Positions 1-12,760 of a stretch of 64,000 bases of DNA are shown in pieces. Source of the DNA: Rotaria socialis (Eukaryota); the NCBI GenBank assembly GCA_905331295.1, contig CAJNYD010000062.1, positions 1-64,000 of the forward strand, read 5' to 3'. Position numbers and translations under genes: made by a program. Within the stretch, counting starts at the first letter, position 1. The number at the start of each line of letters is the position of its first letter. Below the pieces are notes generated by a model. The model saw only the letters and a list, made by a program, of their open reading frames with translations, was not told the DNA's origin and did no database searches.

Positions 1-155
1 TCGTACTGAACCATGTGTGCGAAACCATTTTTTCCATTTACCAAGAAGAAGTTCCATACGGAACCTTTTTTCTACGAAACCTAAAAAGGATCTGACCGTG
101 TGCCCGCGCTCAGATCCTTTTTAGGTTCGGTAGAAAACCCTTTTTTTTTACAGTG
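1..155. mobile_element. Right end of a CACTG...CAGTG-type MITE with internal hairpin (truncated by window start)
   Basis: Ends in ttttttttacagtg (to 155). Internal inverted repeat ttttctacgaaacctaaaaaggatctga / tcagatcctttttaggttcggtagaaaa at ~68-137. Confidence 0.5.
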
Positions 156-219
156 CAGTTCGGTGGTGAGACCCAGTTTTTTCGGAACATCCAAAGGATC
201 TTCTCGTGTGTCCAGAAGT

Positions 220-340
220 TGGTGTGAGTTTGGGTGTGGGCGTAGTGGGAGGGTGCACATCTAAAATAATTACCAGCAGACCCACCCTCACCCGCACACC
301 CGCACACCAACACACCCACACATACAGCCACACACCGACA
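220..340. repeat. G/T-rich arm followed by C/A-rich arm (quasi-palindromic repeat)
   Basis: ggtgtgagtttgggtgtggg... followed by ...cacacccacacatacagccacacacc. A similar structure lies at 59486-59573. Confidence 0.55.
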
Positions 341-839
341 GCTCAAAGTTTGCTGTCGACAACTGGGGAAAATAAATCACAGCTACATTTTAAAGCGAAT
401 GCGTGACGAATGATGATGAGTCATTTGACGCAAAAAAACAGGGTTGGTATAATAATACAGCGTTTGTTTTATGAATAAAGCTTGTTTTCATCGGTTCTTC
501 TCCAGTTTGTAAATCAGCGCTGCTTTAAATGACGTGTACTGTGCAAACAATCGCAAAAAAACATAATTCAAACTAGAAACGAATTGAAAAGAGGAAGAAA
601 TTACGGAAGTGAGTACTAAGGAGAGCAGGTTGCACAGACAGCGTCAAATAAAAGCCTAGTTTACATCTATGCAATGCTTAACATTTCTTTCACCGGAAAG
701 GTAAGTATTGAGGTTAACACTCAGAGATGGTTAGTCTTCTGGAAGAATCTAATATTCAAATGCGATGCAAATCTTTTCAAATATTAGTAGGCACAAAAGA
801 AGAAATAATTCATAAGGCCCTTTTTTTGTCTCTTCTAGT

Positions 840-1426
840 TAAGGGTGTCAATTTACATTTTATTTTATTTAAATTTAACATCGTGAAAAGTTAATATAAT
901 TTTAAATTAAATTCTATCAAGTTAAATTTAAAATAAATTTAAATTTTTCTGATACAAAAATTTATTTCTCGATTTAATAATTTTTTTTTTAATTTAAATT
1001 CCAAATATAATAAATTGTTTGGATCGATACACATCATTGCTAGAAGGAAAATACGTGACTTTAACAGTAGTAAATACTAAATCAGAGGAAAACCTAGTAT
1101 TTTAGGCTTATATTTGTTCATAATAGTCAAAATTTCTCTACAGATTATGCAGGATCCGCTCTCTTTCTTCTTCAAAATACTGGGATAGTCATAAAAATAT
1201 ATTTAATAGCACAATTCATAGAAGAATGACTCGTTTTAACTTTAGAAAACAGGAAACATACTCAAATTTGACTTGAAATAGTAGTAATCAAGTCAAAAAC
1301 GGTTTATCTACTAGTTTTCAAATTTAACTAATTTGAATTTCAAACAATTAAATTTAAATTTAGTTAAATTTAAATGATACAGAATTTAAAATTTAATTAA
1401 ATTTAAATTTAAATGTGACACCCGTA
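840..1426. mobile_element. hAT-type MITE
   Basis: TIR taagggtgtca / tgacacccgta. 8-bp TSD cttctagt / ctactagt (7/8). Subterminal aaatttaa arrays. Confidence 0.8.
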
Positions 1427-3551
1427 CTACTAGTTTTTCCTGCAAATGGATCACTTCAACGATAGAACACAATTTGTGAAGTGATACATACTTTTATATA
1501 AGAAATTGGCAAATTTTCATCAAAACTAAACTATTTCTGACGGGCCAGAATCGTAGTAGAAAGTTTTTATAGTTATTGGTTTTAGCCGCGAATTTAAAAG
1601 TTACGAATGTTTAGGAAAGCACTTTTCCTGTCTTTGATACTCAGAATGGATGGGTGGATGTTATTACAGAAGCCCTACACCTGCACTCACAATTGACAAA
1701 GAACAGTGAAAAGCGATATGTGCTTTTAAGGTCAACTTCTTTTCTCTAGACTAATTTTGACTTTGCTATAAGAAAATGTTCATTTGAGGCTATTGTTGCC
1801 AAATGAGAAAGTTATAGTAAATTTTTGTGTGTCGTGCCGAAACTTTATACTTGAATATTATTAGTAATCCGTGGCATGATTAAAAAAACGCCAAATGCAA
1901 CATTTTAAGTTCCGTAGCACTGTGCTATACTAAATAGGGTTCCGCGTAACTATAAGAAACTTGCAGCAAGTTCAGCAACACTCGAGATTTTGCAATAGAC
2001 TATTAAAGTTTGTAAATGGCAGGGATGCTGTGTATACAAAACGGTCCGAAATAAAAACTACTTCAAAAAATCTTTCCACACTCTCCTCTGTGAAACTACA
2101 TTACTATGAACCTATGCAGACTATTTTATGGATCTCACACATATTTTCAAAGGAAATAGCGAGTGAACATTTAAAGAAGATGGTTTTCGGCTCCCCAGCG
2201 TTACGCCTGCCCCCATTATAGACATAAAATATCAAAAATAGAAATTTAGGTTCACTGATTAGATAAATTTTAAGTATGGGCTAGGGGTGGCACTTAACGT
2301 TAATTTAATATTAGTGTTAAGTTTTAACTTAACACTTAATATTAATAAAAAAAACGTTTCCACTAGCCACTTAATTACTTAATATTAAGTGTTAACGCAA
2401 TACTTAATTGTTAATATTAAGTATTGAACTTTTCGCGTTAACACTTAATTCACTTAAAATTAAGTGTTAAATATGAAGAATATTTCGTTCTATTTTGACT
2501 ATGTAGCTAGTAAGGATATAAAAACTATTAATAGAATATTATTAGTATAAAAATGGTAAAATCCTTATTCGCTACGAAAAGTTGTTTTTTTCGAAAAGAA
2601 ATATTATTTCTTAGATTTGAGCGGATACTACTTGATGTGAGAGTAAATAAACTTGTTATTAGTGCGTTGAAATTTCGATGATAAGCATATATATGTATAT
2701 ATATATATTTAAAGTATTGAATATGCAGAATAATCCTAGTATCACTCTAATATTCTCGTGTTCTCTCGATCTTATGCAGATGGCATCAGTTTAACGGTTA
2801 TTTGTATATTATTTACCAAGTCATTTGTTTCTTTATTGCCTTATTATTATCTGCATATTTACTTTATAGCAAGTAGATCAAGTGAATCCAGCGATATTTT
2901 TTGCAGCTGATAATTTTTATATGCTTTTGAACGACTTTTATTAGCCATTGCGCATTATGCTAGATTCGATACAGGACTTGATGAAGAAAGTCGATTCTGT
3001 ATTGCATATAATTGTATAGGATTCTTAAGTGTACCATTAAAAACAATTTTGTTTTTGAATATTGAAATGTGTAGTATATTTCCAGCATAATAGTTTAGAA
3101 AAAATTTTACCCTCTGTTTTTTTATCTTTTCGAAATCTAATAACAGACTCTTGAGGATACATCTTTAAAAAAAAGTAATAATCAAGCTATTCTTTGAACA
3201 AACAATTATATGCATTTGGTAAAAACCAAAATCGTATGTTTGTATATATGAGATCGCTTTTTACACTGATTTTATTATTATCAGTTTTTTCTCCACACGA
3301 GGTACATATAAGCTCGTCCGTTTTTATTGAATTGCTCTGACGTCAAAGTAAAATTGTTGATTAATTTTACGCTGTGGACATAATCAAGCCAGATAGTTGT
3401 ACACAAACTACTTTCTTTTTTAAATAAATCGTTTTTCATTTTTCTTTCGCCATTATTTTTCCTATTCGTCGTTAGTCTATTCTCTTTTTCATTCTATTCG
3501 CGCTAGTTGTTATATTCGCTGTTTCATTGAATATTATAACAGGCCATAGCT

Positions 3552-4138
3552 TCCATGTCGCACAAACCAATCGAGAAAAATTCGTTAGCCGCGGTTATGC
3601 AAGCTATTTTAGCGACTTTATAGTGTAAAAACCGACTGTTAACCGAATAAATAATCGGTTAACTGAGGGCGAATCGACTGTTTGTCCGGTTAACCGTCGG
3701 TTTTTACCCTGTAAAGTCGCTAAATACCCAGGTCGACTAATTCGACGAGGGATTCTATCGGATCCTAAAACATCCTACTAACCGAGGAAATCCAGTTGGA
3801 TTCTGGGTTTTGGAACTATTGACGGATCCGACGGAAGAATTTTAAAAATATCAAAATTCTATTTAGTGCAAAAGAGCTTTTTAGAGGTAAAGTATAGCAG
3901 ACCTTTTGGCGCATCGGATCCCAGAGTAGGATACAATCGGATATGTATCGGATTCCGATCCTGTGGACCCAAATCTCGGGCCAAAACCCGGAATCCAGCG
4001 GAATCTGTTGGCTTTTGTCGTTTTTCATGTAAGATCCGATGCAACCCATTTTCAGATCCGATTGTAGGAATGAACGACCTGCGTAGCTTGCATAACCGCG
4101 GTTAACCAACTTTTCTCGATCGGTTTGTGCGACATGGG
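3552..4138. mobile_element. Palindromic MITE (ccatgtcgcacaaacc ... ggtttgtgcgacatggg)
   Basis: Arms are near-perfect inverted repeats once the nested element 3727-4083 is removed. Confidence 0.85.
3727..4083. mobile_element. CCCAGG...CCTG(G/C)G MITE nested in previous MITE
   Basis: TIR cccaggtcgactaattc / ggaatgaacgacctgcg. TA duplicated on both sides (3725-26, 4084-85). ggatcc/cggat-rich interior. Confidence 0.8.
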
Positions 4139-4284
4139 ATGATACAGATGTATGCGCTTTTTTCTAGTCTTTTATGATGTCTTCGCTTTGTTTAGTGTAA
4201 AAAATAATGTAAAACTTAGTCGAAGTTTTCTATCTGAATTTAAAATACTAATAATTTCATAATTTACGACATTTGGGTTGTTTC

Positions 4285-4386
4285 CAAGAGAGGAAAGCGC
4301 GACTTCCGTACTTCACGTACTTCTGTTGTACTCCCATGTACTTCCATCGTACTTCGAAGTATGGAAGTCACGCTTTTCCTCTCTTG
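4285..4386. mobile_element. 102-bp hAT-type MITE
   Basis: ~30-bp TIR caagagaggaaagcgcgacttccgtacttc / gaagtatggaagtcacgcttttcctctcttg. Perfect 8-bp TSD gttgtttc. Confidence 0.9.
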
Positions 4387-7300
4387 GTTGTTTCATCGTT
4401 GACTATATTATGTGATAAGCATTATTCCGAATTAGTGAAGTAGACATTATAGTTCTAGTGTGGTTGATATGATGCAATATCATATAATTATGCTGTATCA
4501 TATTATTTCTTTCTGTTACAAACACTTTTTGTAACATCTAACCATGCTCAGAAAGACAAGCAGTATTTTCGGTAGATTTTAACTCGAATACGCGTATAGA
4601 ATATCAGGAAAAGATATTACTAGTTTCAATTATTCTCAACAATTGAATTTACAGCATTATAGACCAAACTATATTCTTTTAGATGAATTTGCCTCATGTT
4701 GTATATAATATCAAATTTGACTCGACAATTCACAAGTTAAAAAAAATTAATCAAATAGTTTATTCTTATTCAGTTTATAGTTAATGATTTAACGAATTCA
4801 TGTCTCATCATAACAGTGACGAAAATCTGTGTTGTGTTTGACATCATAATAGAATAATCAAAGTGTTCTACTGTGAACCGATTTCTAACTATTGAATTTA
4901 CTTTATGTCTTGAGTATTTTTTTTGAAAATGACTTAACTAGGCACTCAATATATTATTATTTTGTAAAGGATCAAATCAAAGCGAGACAATGTGAGTTAA
5001 AAACTATAGACAATTATCATATTACCATTACTCATCATCAAAGCATGGCTAAACAATTTTTCAATAATTTTAGAAAAAACAATTGACAGTTGCACATAAT
5101 TTTAAGCAAAATTTCTCTTTTAGAATGTATGACAAAGTTATAAGGTTACTCGTTTTCTTAAGTTTTGTTAGTCATAATCTCTCAAATTCGCCTAGAAGAT
5201 AAACTACCCTGATGGTATTTTGATGCATGACTTTTTGCAGCCTTGTGACTAACGTAAAAGAATTTCTATTATATATCAGATATTCTGTAAACTTTACTAA
5301 AGCTAAGAGATATAATGTAAGACATAGGACGCAGTTACCAGTTGCGAAAAGTCATCGAGAATTACCATAATTTAATACAGTGCGAAAGGAATTTATCTAA
5401 ATATAAATTAAGTAAAGAAAAATTTAATTCAATAGAACGAAAGTAACTTGCAAAAGTATATTTTCTTCATTTTAATCAAGTAAATTGTTCGACTTTACTG
5501 ATTTTATTTATTCATTCAACCGAATGCATCAATCGGTCTCATTTAGCAAAAGAAAGTGTATTTTTCCTACAATGGGAACAAGACTGTCACATCATATTGG
5601 ACAACTTTTGAACACTAGGCTTAAAGAGTTAATATCAAAGTTGACATTTCTAACTGGTAAATTCATATAACTTGCATCAGTTTCTCTATAAAACAAGATA
5701 TTCAAATAAACAATGTTGCGAAGAATGATTCAAATCAACAGCGCTTTAACTCATCTGAATCACTCCATTTTCGTCGTTGCTATACAGATGAGTCAGGGGA
5801 GGATTCATACATATCATTTCTATATAATGAATGTTAATAAAAGTGAGTTAGGATTTTTGTCAATATTTCTGTTTCAGGCATGCTTTTCTCTCGACTCACA
5901 CAGCACATTCCCCAAAGATTTTATTCTGTGTTCGCATTAATCAATTTTTACTCGAAGACTATCTTTTATAAACAAATTATGTATATAAAATTTGTGCTAT
6001 GTTGATTTTACCGGCTCACCGGGATGTCAAAGGTCTATTTATAACCCTTACTAGCAGTTTAATGTTCTCATCGACATCTGAAAGCTTCAGCGTAAGTTTA
6101 TAGAACTCAGTCATGTTCATAAAATGGTCGACCTCCAAAACTTGCCATTAGAATTTCTAAGAAATAGGTATTTTCAAAAAACAGCGTTTCTGTAAAATAC
6201 AATCAAAAGAAATTCATGTTTTCTGCAGATGAAACATTTTATCACTTAATATTAAGTGACTTAATATTAAGTAATTAAGTGGCTAATGGAAACGTTTTTT
6301 ATTAATATTAAGTGTTAAGTAAAACCACTTAATTAAGTCTCTTAATTAACTCCAATTAACATTAACGGTCCACCTCTAGTTCCAACTGAATATCATCAGT
6401 CGTAATAACATATATTTAAGAAGAACAAAAAAGAAATATTATAAAGTCACTATTCTGCAGAATTCAATCAAATATTATAATTCGATTTAGTATATAAGAA
6501 GCTTTTCAGCACAGCCCATTGGGAATAAAATGTAGAACTCACATATTCCAGACCAGATCACTTAGATACAGGCTCAATAAATGTTTTTTTCAATGGAAAG
6601 AGTATCATGTTTTGCGTAGGAATAAAATGGGGAAAAAAAGTTTTAACATTTGGAAGCCATTAGATATATCCATGGTAAATAGTAGTAGAGAGAAAATATG
6701 AAGAACTTATTGTTAGAATGTTTCGTTATGCTTTACTGTTCACTGGTTTCTCTGGCAAATATTATGAGTGATAATGGTGTGAACGCTATTTACAATATAC
6801 ATATTAATATTGTTGATTAAAATGCTGTAGAAACTATTGAAACATTTAGATTATTTTGCAATATCAGTTTGAAAATTGATGCATTTTTTTATAAAGGTAA
6901 AGGTAACAAAAGCTTTCAACTGAATGGAACAAGCGGAAATTGTAGACACGGTAGAGATAAGTCAAGTTCTTGTTCATTTTTAGTTATTTCATTATAATAG
7001 AGTTTCAGGCAAAGTGTATAGCTAAATCAAAGTATACATCAACGCCCTCATATTATGCCTCACCTACTATTACACTTCAATATTGCTTCCATTGATAAAT
7101 TTTGTGAGATTGATAAAAAGGAGATTAGTTTTTAGTTTTATTGCTTGTCTCTCCTTATATTTTTCTTTTGTTACTCGCAAAAAAACATTCCAATTTCATC
7201 TAGTCGACATTACAATTCAAATTTTGACCATTAACAAATCTATAAACTGAATCTTTCTCAAGAATTCTTCGTATCAAAGACGAGTGCTTCAGCTCAGAAG

Positions 7301-7683
7301 AACTCTATTGATTTAGAAAACAAAAGAGTTCAAAATCGCTATTGAGTTTATCTATCCTTTTCTAAAAGAAAAAACGAAGAAGCAAAATGAAACATAATCC
7401 TGTGTGTTTTTGTGCCAGAGATTTTGTGCACCTGAAACTATATACATCGCACTTGGATTTACTCTTTTAATCTTTCATAATTCAAAATAATTGAAATCAA
7501 TATTATTGTTGATTTTATTTTTGTTTTGGAAAAATATCCAATATAATTTCATATAGGCTGCTTAGTACTATTTAAGTCTTATATATATATATATAGATAC
7601 CAGCGTGTAATATAAAAGTCATAAAATAAAAAAATATTACGACAGTGCAATACAAAATTCGATTGACGAAAAAAACAAACACG

Positions 7684-8267
7684 ATGAATGGAATCTGGCT
7701 CTTATCTCTTATGTTAACTGTAGCTGCTTTCGACGCAGGTCTGTTGCTTATAAACAATATCTTACTCTCAATATAGTATTGGATTTATATGTAGTTCTCA
7801 GTTGTAAACAATCGCATGCGACAGCGCTTGCTCAAATTAAATCAGTTAACATCGGAATTGCATCATCAGGTGGTTGTAGTAATCGAAATACTCCGACATG
7901 TACATCACTTGAACAAGTCAATTGTAACTCTATTAATTGTTTGAAAGTATTGAAAACATCTTCCGGATGCGCTCTCACAGTTACTGGAGGAACTGTAAGG
8001 ATACAACAATGAATATGTTCTATTACAGTGTGATTCTTTTGTTTTTTGAATGAATAGGAAGTTGGTCATGCTGGTGGAACATTATCGCATTACAACGGAT
8101 ACAAAATTGATGTTTCACTCAATGCATGTATAAACTCTTATATTACAAATCAATTTACTTTTATTGGTAACCGAGGTGATGGTGCTGCTCAATACAGAGC
8201 TGGTAGTGGTAATATCTATGCTAAAGAAGGCAACCACTGGGATATTACATTCAGTGCTGCATGTTAA
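7684..8267 (+). CDS. Small secreted Cys-containing protein, actinobacterial/fungal-type, M15/LAS-like metallopeptidase motifs (3 exons: 7684-7738, 7795-7994, 8058-8267)
   Basis: Spliced ORF: signal peptide MNGIWLLSLMLTVAAFDA, then SHATALAQIK...SSGGCSNRNTPTCTSLEQVN...LTVTGGTEVGHAGGTLSHYNGYKIDV...GNRGDGAAQYRAGSGNIYAKEGNHWDITF. Canonical GT-AG introns keep the frame. Confidence 0.85.
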
Positions 8268-9558
8268 ACTCTTCTATTTGACAATTCTTGGAATGTATTT
8301 TGTGCTCAAGTTGTTGTTTTTGTATCGAAATATATTTGATATAAAGCTTAGCACTGATGATAGATATTAGTTATTGTTGAAGTCAATTGAAAGTACTGAT
8401 GATTCGTTGTTTTATATTGAAGATCAGATTTTCGAGGAGAAAAGAAATACTCGCATTTATATTTGCTGTATCCCCTAAAAACATTGGCGAAAACTGTCTT
8501 TATGAAATACAGCTCTTAACAATAGCTCACAAAGTGAGAGAGCTTTAGGATTTTTCAGAAGTATTTGAACTATTGTAGAAAATTCTAAAATACTATCACG
8601 ACTGGTGTAAACTCCGTCTTGGGAAGCATATTCAAATTGCAATGTGACGTGACGATTTTTTTCTAATCATATTTCACTGTGGTTGGGCAGGATTCATCGT
8701 CTGAAGTTTCGTGAGAAATAGTCCTTCGGCAGAGTCATGCATTGATCATAAAATGTACGGGTATCACTTGAAGCTGTTGCAATTCATTGAGTGGAAAATG
8801 GAAATTATTTTATTTATTGGCGGATTCAGAAGAAAAGATTAAGTTGATGAATTATTTTCTTTATTTATAATGATTCTTTTTCATATTCTTCAATTGAGAC
8901 AAGGGAATAATCATAGAGAAAGATATACCCATTGTTTCTGATATAAAAACGAAAGGAAAAACAGCAATTCATAGATCAGAAGGTAAATTAAACTGATGCT
9001 TACAATCACTGCTTTCTTGTTGTGTATAAGTTTTGTTGATAGTACGACCTGTCCACGTAACGGTCCATCTATGTAGGCAAAGTTGAACGCCAAAATTGAG
9101 TAAAATAAATATAACCATCTTCTGCAGCATTGTCGATAGGACACAGAAGTGTATTTTTTTTATCTAAGTAGCTGTATATATTTTAGGGAAAAAATATTGT
9201 TAAACACGTATCACTCTGTATCGATGAATATACATATTTATCAAGAGTTTTTATTTTGCGTTTTTTCATGCAGACATATATGATATTTTTCAAACCCGAT
9301 CACATCTTTTAGAAATATGTTGAGTAGGTTCTGTAACTATAAGAAGAGATTCAGGTATTGTTGTTCCTGAAGAAAAATATTTATATTTCAAAAGTAGTTC
9401 ATTTTTGATTGTGATTCCGTCACGAAAATATGCTGTAACTCATTCTTAACCGAAAGCAAGATATTTATGATTTTACGAATACACGCTTTAACGCTGATTT
9501 TTCTGCTCTATCCACAGAACTAGTTGGCTTTTGATAAAAATCCCTGCTTCGTTACACT

Positions 9559-10680
9559 AAGCGTGACGGAATCATCTTTGGGTAGAACAAGTACATTTTC
9601 CTAAAAAGAATGGAAACATTGTTTTTCTCTTATACTGTATCTTAGCTATATTTTTTATATAGATAATGGGATTTTAGATCCTCACTACTTAATTCCGAAG
9701 TTGATTTCTGACGGTTTGAAGTTATTTGTATTACCGCAATGGAAGATACCCTTTTATGGATGATATCTGATATGTATCTTATAGTTACTTCTGAAATGCA
9801 GTTTTCATTTTATCAGAATGATCAACGTAAAATGACTTTTCTTGATTACCTTTTTACGAGTAATTAGAGATGCGTGGGGCAACATTATTTTTGGTCCCGA
9901 TACCAACCAAAGTCCCGGGACACTTATTGTGGTTCTGGTCATGTGATTCTAACTAATCTACAGCCTGTGTCTATTTAGAGAAACATGTTGCAGCATTGTT
10001 CTCTCACATTTCTTATTTCTTTACTACAATTGTAACTTAGGTCTACTTTACTGGACTCCTCCCCTGTTTGACCTGTACTCTGGAGTACGAAAGTCTCACT
10101 TTCTTACTCTAAGCGGGAAACTTTTGCTTTGATCTGGGTCTCGGCACGATATAGCTAAATTTTTGGGGTTTATACCTCGGTACAGTTAATATTTTTGGTC
10201 CCAGTCCCGATGACCTGAATCGGCATTCATTTTGCTCATCTCTATTAGTAATACCAATGTGTTCATTTTCGGGAATTATAGATAAATTTCTTAAGAAGTA
10301 GACACTAAAAAGATATTAACATCTTTTCCTACTATTCAAAGACATCATTTTTATATATTTTCAATTTTATTTTTTTCTACAGATAGAATGTCATCTCCAG
10401 TATAACTTTCCTATTGAAAGTTTTTTCTTCGAAGTTTTAGTTGAGCTAAGTTTTCCAGTTCTTCACATGGGACCCAATTTGGAAGACCATTTTTGGTGAT
10501 TCCGTAACGGGCCTATATTTTAATCATAAAATACTCACAGGAGTTTCAAATCCTATGAAACTTGCAGGGTATGTAGAACAATGAAACTTGAATATATTCT
10601 GAAAATTTCAGCTTCATTCAATTTCATTAAGGTAAGATATTCCAAAATACAAAATGAAAAAATGTGATTCCGTCACGCTT
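9559..10680. mobile_element. Non-autonomous DNA element with 16-bp perfect TIR
   Basis: aagcgtgacggaatca (9559-9574) / tgattccgtcacgctt (10665-10680). Extra partial motif copies at ~9411 and ~10497. Confidence 0.7.
9865..10244. mobile_element. hAT-type MITE nested in 9559-10680
   Basis: TIR tagagatg / catctcta. TSD cgagtaat / ttagtaat (6/8). gtcccg motif repeats. Confidence 0.7.
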
Positions 10681-10686
10681 GAACAG

Positions 10687-12760
10687 GTCGAGTAGCCACC
10701 TTCAAGGTGGTACTATTACTTGGCGTATAAAAGATTCGTCGACTAGTAAAAAATCTGTAAGGATTCTTATTACACAAACATATTCTTGGATATATACTAG
10801 CGGGAGATGTGATAATGGCCAGATTGCTACAAACCAACCAGTTGCTGGTTCCGTCGGAACGCTCACCTGTTCACCTGGCTGTCCGTCCAGTTTCGGAATT
10901 GTGTCTGCTATTCCTTATTATGCAGATGTTTCGTCACTGAGTGGAGTCGCAATTGGGCAACGTTCAGACATAGTTTCTTTATCACAAGGTAGTATAGTCT
11001 TTCAGCGATTTATGCCAATACTGCATTGAGTATTCTAACTTTACGTGGAGATAGTTGGTCTATTTCATCACATATCAATTTAGTAAGAAGACCTGGCAAT
11101 GGTATGTTTAACAATGCTCCCGTCGCTGCTGTCATGTCTCCAATAAATATTCAACAAAATCACAAGACACTAATGGCTGTCTCCGTTAGCGATCCAGATG
11201 GAGAAATTATTCGGTGTCGCTGGGCTAATTCATCAAATGGTGTTGATGAATGTAGTTCCATGTGATCACCTGGCTCACTACCAGTCAATAGAGTGATTTA
11301 TTCTAACTGCACTATTGAAATCATTGATACAAGCGCTGCTAGTGGCTATGCTATAGCACTTATGGTCTGTTATATTCTAATTAAACAAAACTAGATTATT
11401 ATCTTTGTTTTGTACTTATTTAGGTAGAGGATTTCATTAATTCATCTAGTACAACGCCATTGAGTTCTGCCCCCGTTCAATTCATTGTTAAAATTATTAC
11501 TCCACCATCATGTTCTATTCTACCTGAAGTTTTTCTTACTGGAGAATCATACACACCAGTTAAAGTAAATGAAACATTTATATCACAATTACTTGGTATA
11601 AATAACTGTAGAAAGAATGTTATTATTACTGATATTTCAACATTATCTTTTTTCTGGCATAAATCAAGTGTCTCTTACAAAGTTAACTTCTCTTCTCTAT
11701 TATAAAACATTAACAATGGCACCAACTATTTATCAACTTGGCTATCAAGTAATGTGTACAATTGCTTTGAACAGGTTGTTATCTTCAGTGATATGATATT
11801 TTTAAGTTAGATCATCTCTTTTTTTTACTGCCCATAGTCAATGTCTACAATCATCGCAATACTGTTTCACAATTTATGTGACAGAAAATGGTACGACTGA
11901 ATGTCCTAGAGTTATAAATAATGCAACCCCTGTGACCGCATCAACGTCAATATTATCAACAGCAACCGCCCCGTATCAACTCAAATACCAACATGCTTGT
12001 GAACAATATTTGTTTTGACTCAAAAATAAAATTTTATTGTTACAATATTTTTAGCTGATTGTATCAATTGACCACTGATTGCAAGTCTGGCTGGTCTGGC
12101 CCTTCTTGCAATAGTTTGTAACTTTTGTTTACTATGTCATTTTTATATGTTGTGATCAATGGAAAGCAATTTATTCATCAGTTGATTTCTTTTGTAGAAA
12201 CAATAGAGATGAATGAAAACTCGACAGATATAAGAATCGTTGTAATAGAAAAGTAGAACCTATAACATCCATACCACACAATCGTTCTACTTTGGTACGA
12301 ACCGATCCTGTGTATTCTGTTTAAAATGACAATACTTATAGGTCAAACATATCTCAAACACTTTGGAATAATACAAAAGGTAAGGATATTCATTTTCGCC
12401 AGATTTATAATTACAATCTGTTACTAATTAATTATAAATTGATTCCAATGCACCACACATATTTGCATCCAATTTAAATGATCCAAGAAGAAACATATCT
12501 AAAATGTCATTCGAAGAATCAAATTCATCTATTGGACGATTAAATCCTGGCAGCAGTCTATTGACGGTAAGTTAAAATAGTGTTCTGCTAGCATCAGATA
12601 GACTAGCAAAGTGCAAGTAAACAGTATTTCGCGAAGCTTGTCAACAAATACTAATTGTACTTGTTCACTTCAGATTGATAATCAAAATTTATCCTCCAAA
12701 TTACAATAAATCAATAGGAACGCTGGTGTTCGTGTCAAACGAGTAAGCAAAATTAACAGT
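10687..12760 (+). pseudogene. Decayed secreted/membrane protein of the 'SHFxGGTITWR' (Sib/integrin-beta-like) family
   Basis: Fragments SSHLQGGTITWR..., NNAPVAAVMSPI...SDPDGEIIRCRWA..., VEDFINSSSTTPLSSAPVQF. Frameshifts at ~11000 and ~11650, in-frame TGA at 11263. TM-like remnant at ~12070-12140. 3' limit approximate. Confidence 0.7.

Larger units (their letters stand above)
2282..6378. mobile_element. ~4.1 kb decayed hAT-like DNA element with long subterminal inverted repeats, carrying nested MITEs
   Basis: Left end taggggtggcacttaac, right end ggtccacctcta. ~100 bp inverted block (cacttaatattaataaaaaaaacgtttccactagccacttaattacttaatattaag at ~2333 vs its reverse complement at ~6259-6314). 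No intact ORF and no TSD seen. Confidence 0.65.

Noticed and set aside
3816..4109. Overlapping ORFs on both strands (also 32448-32678, 47055-47326, 50024-50362, 55493-55746)
   Set aside because: They lie inside GC-richer palindromic MITEs and have no recognisable protein motifs.
6600..7330. Possible LRR-like remnants (LDISM, SLANIMSDNGVNAI, LNLSQ)
   Set aside because: Too fragmentary to assemble or assign.
8350..8410. CTGATGA motifs as possible hammerhead ribozymes (also at ~60929)
   Set aside because: No flanking stems or correctly placed GAAA core.
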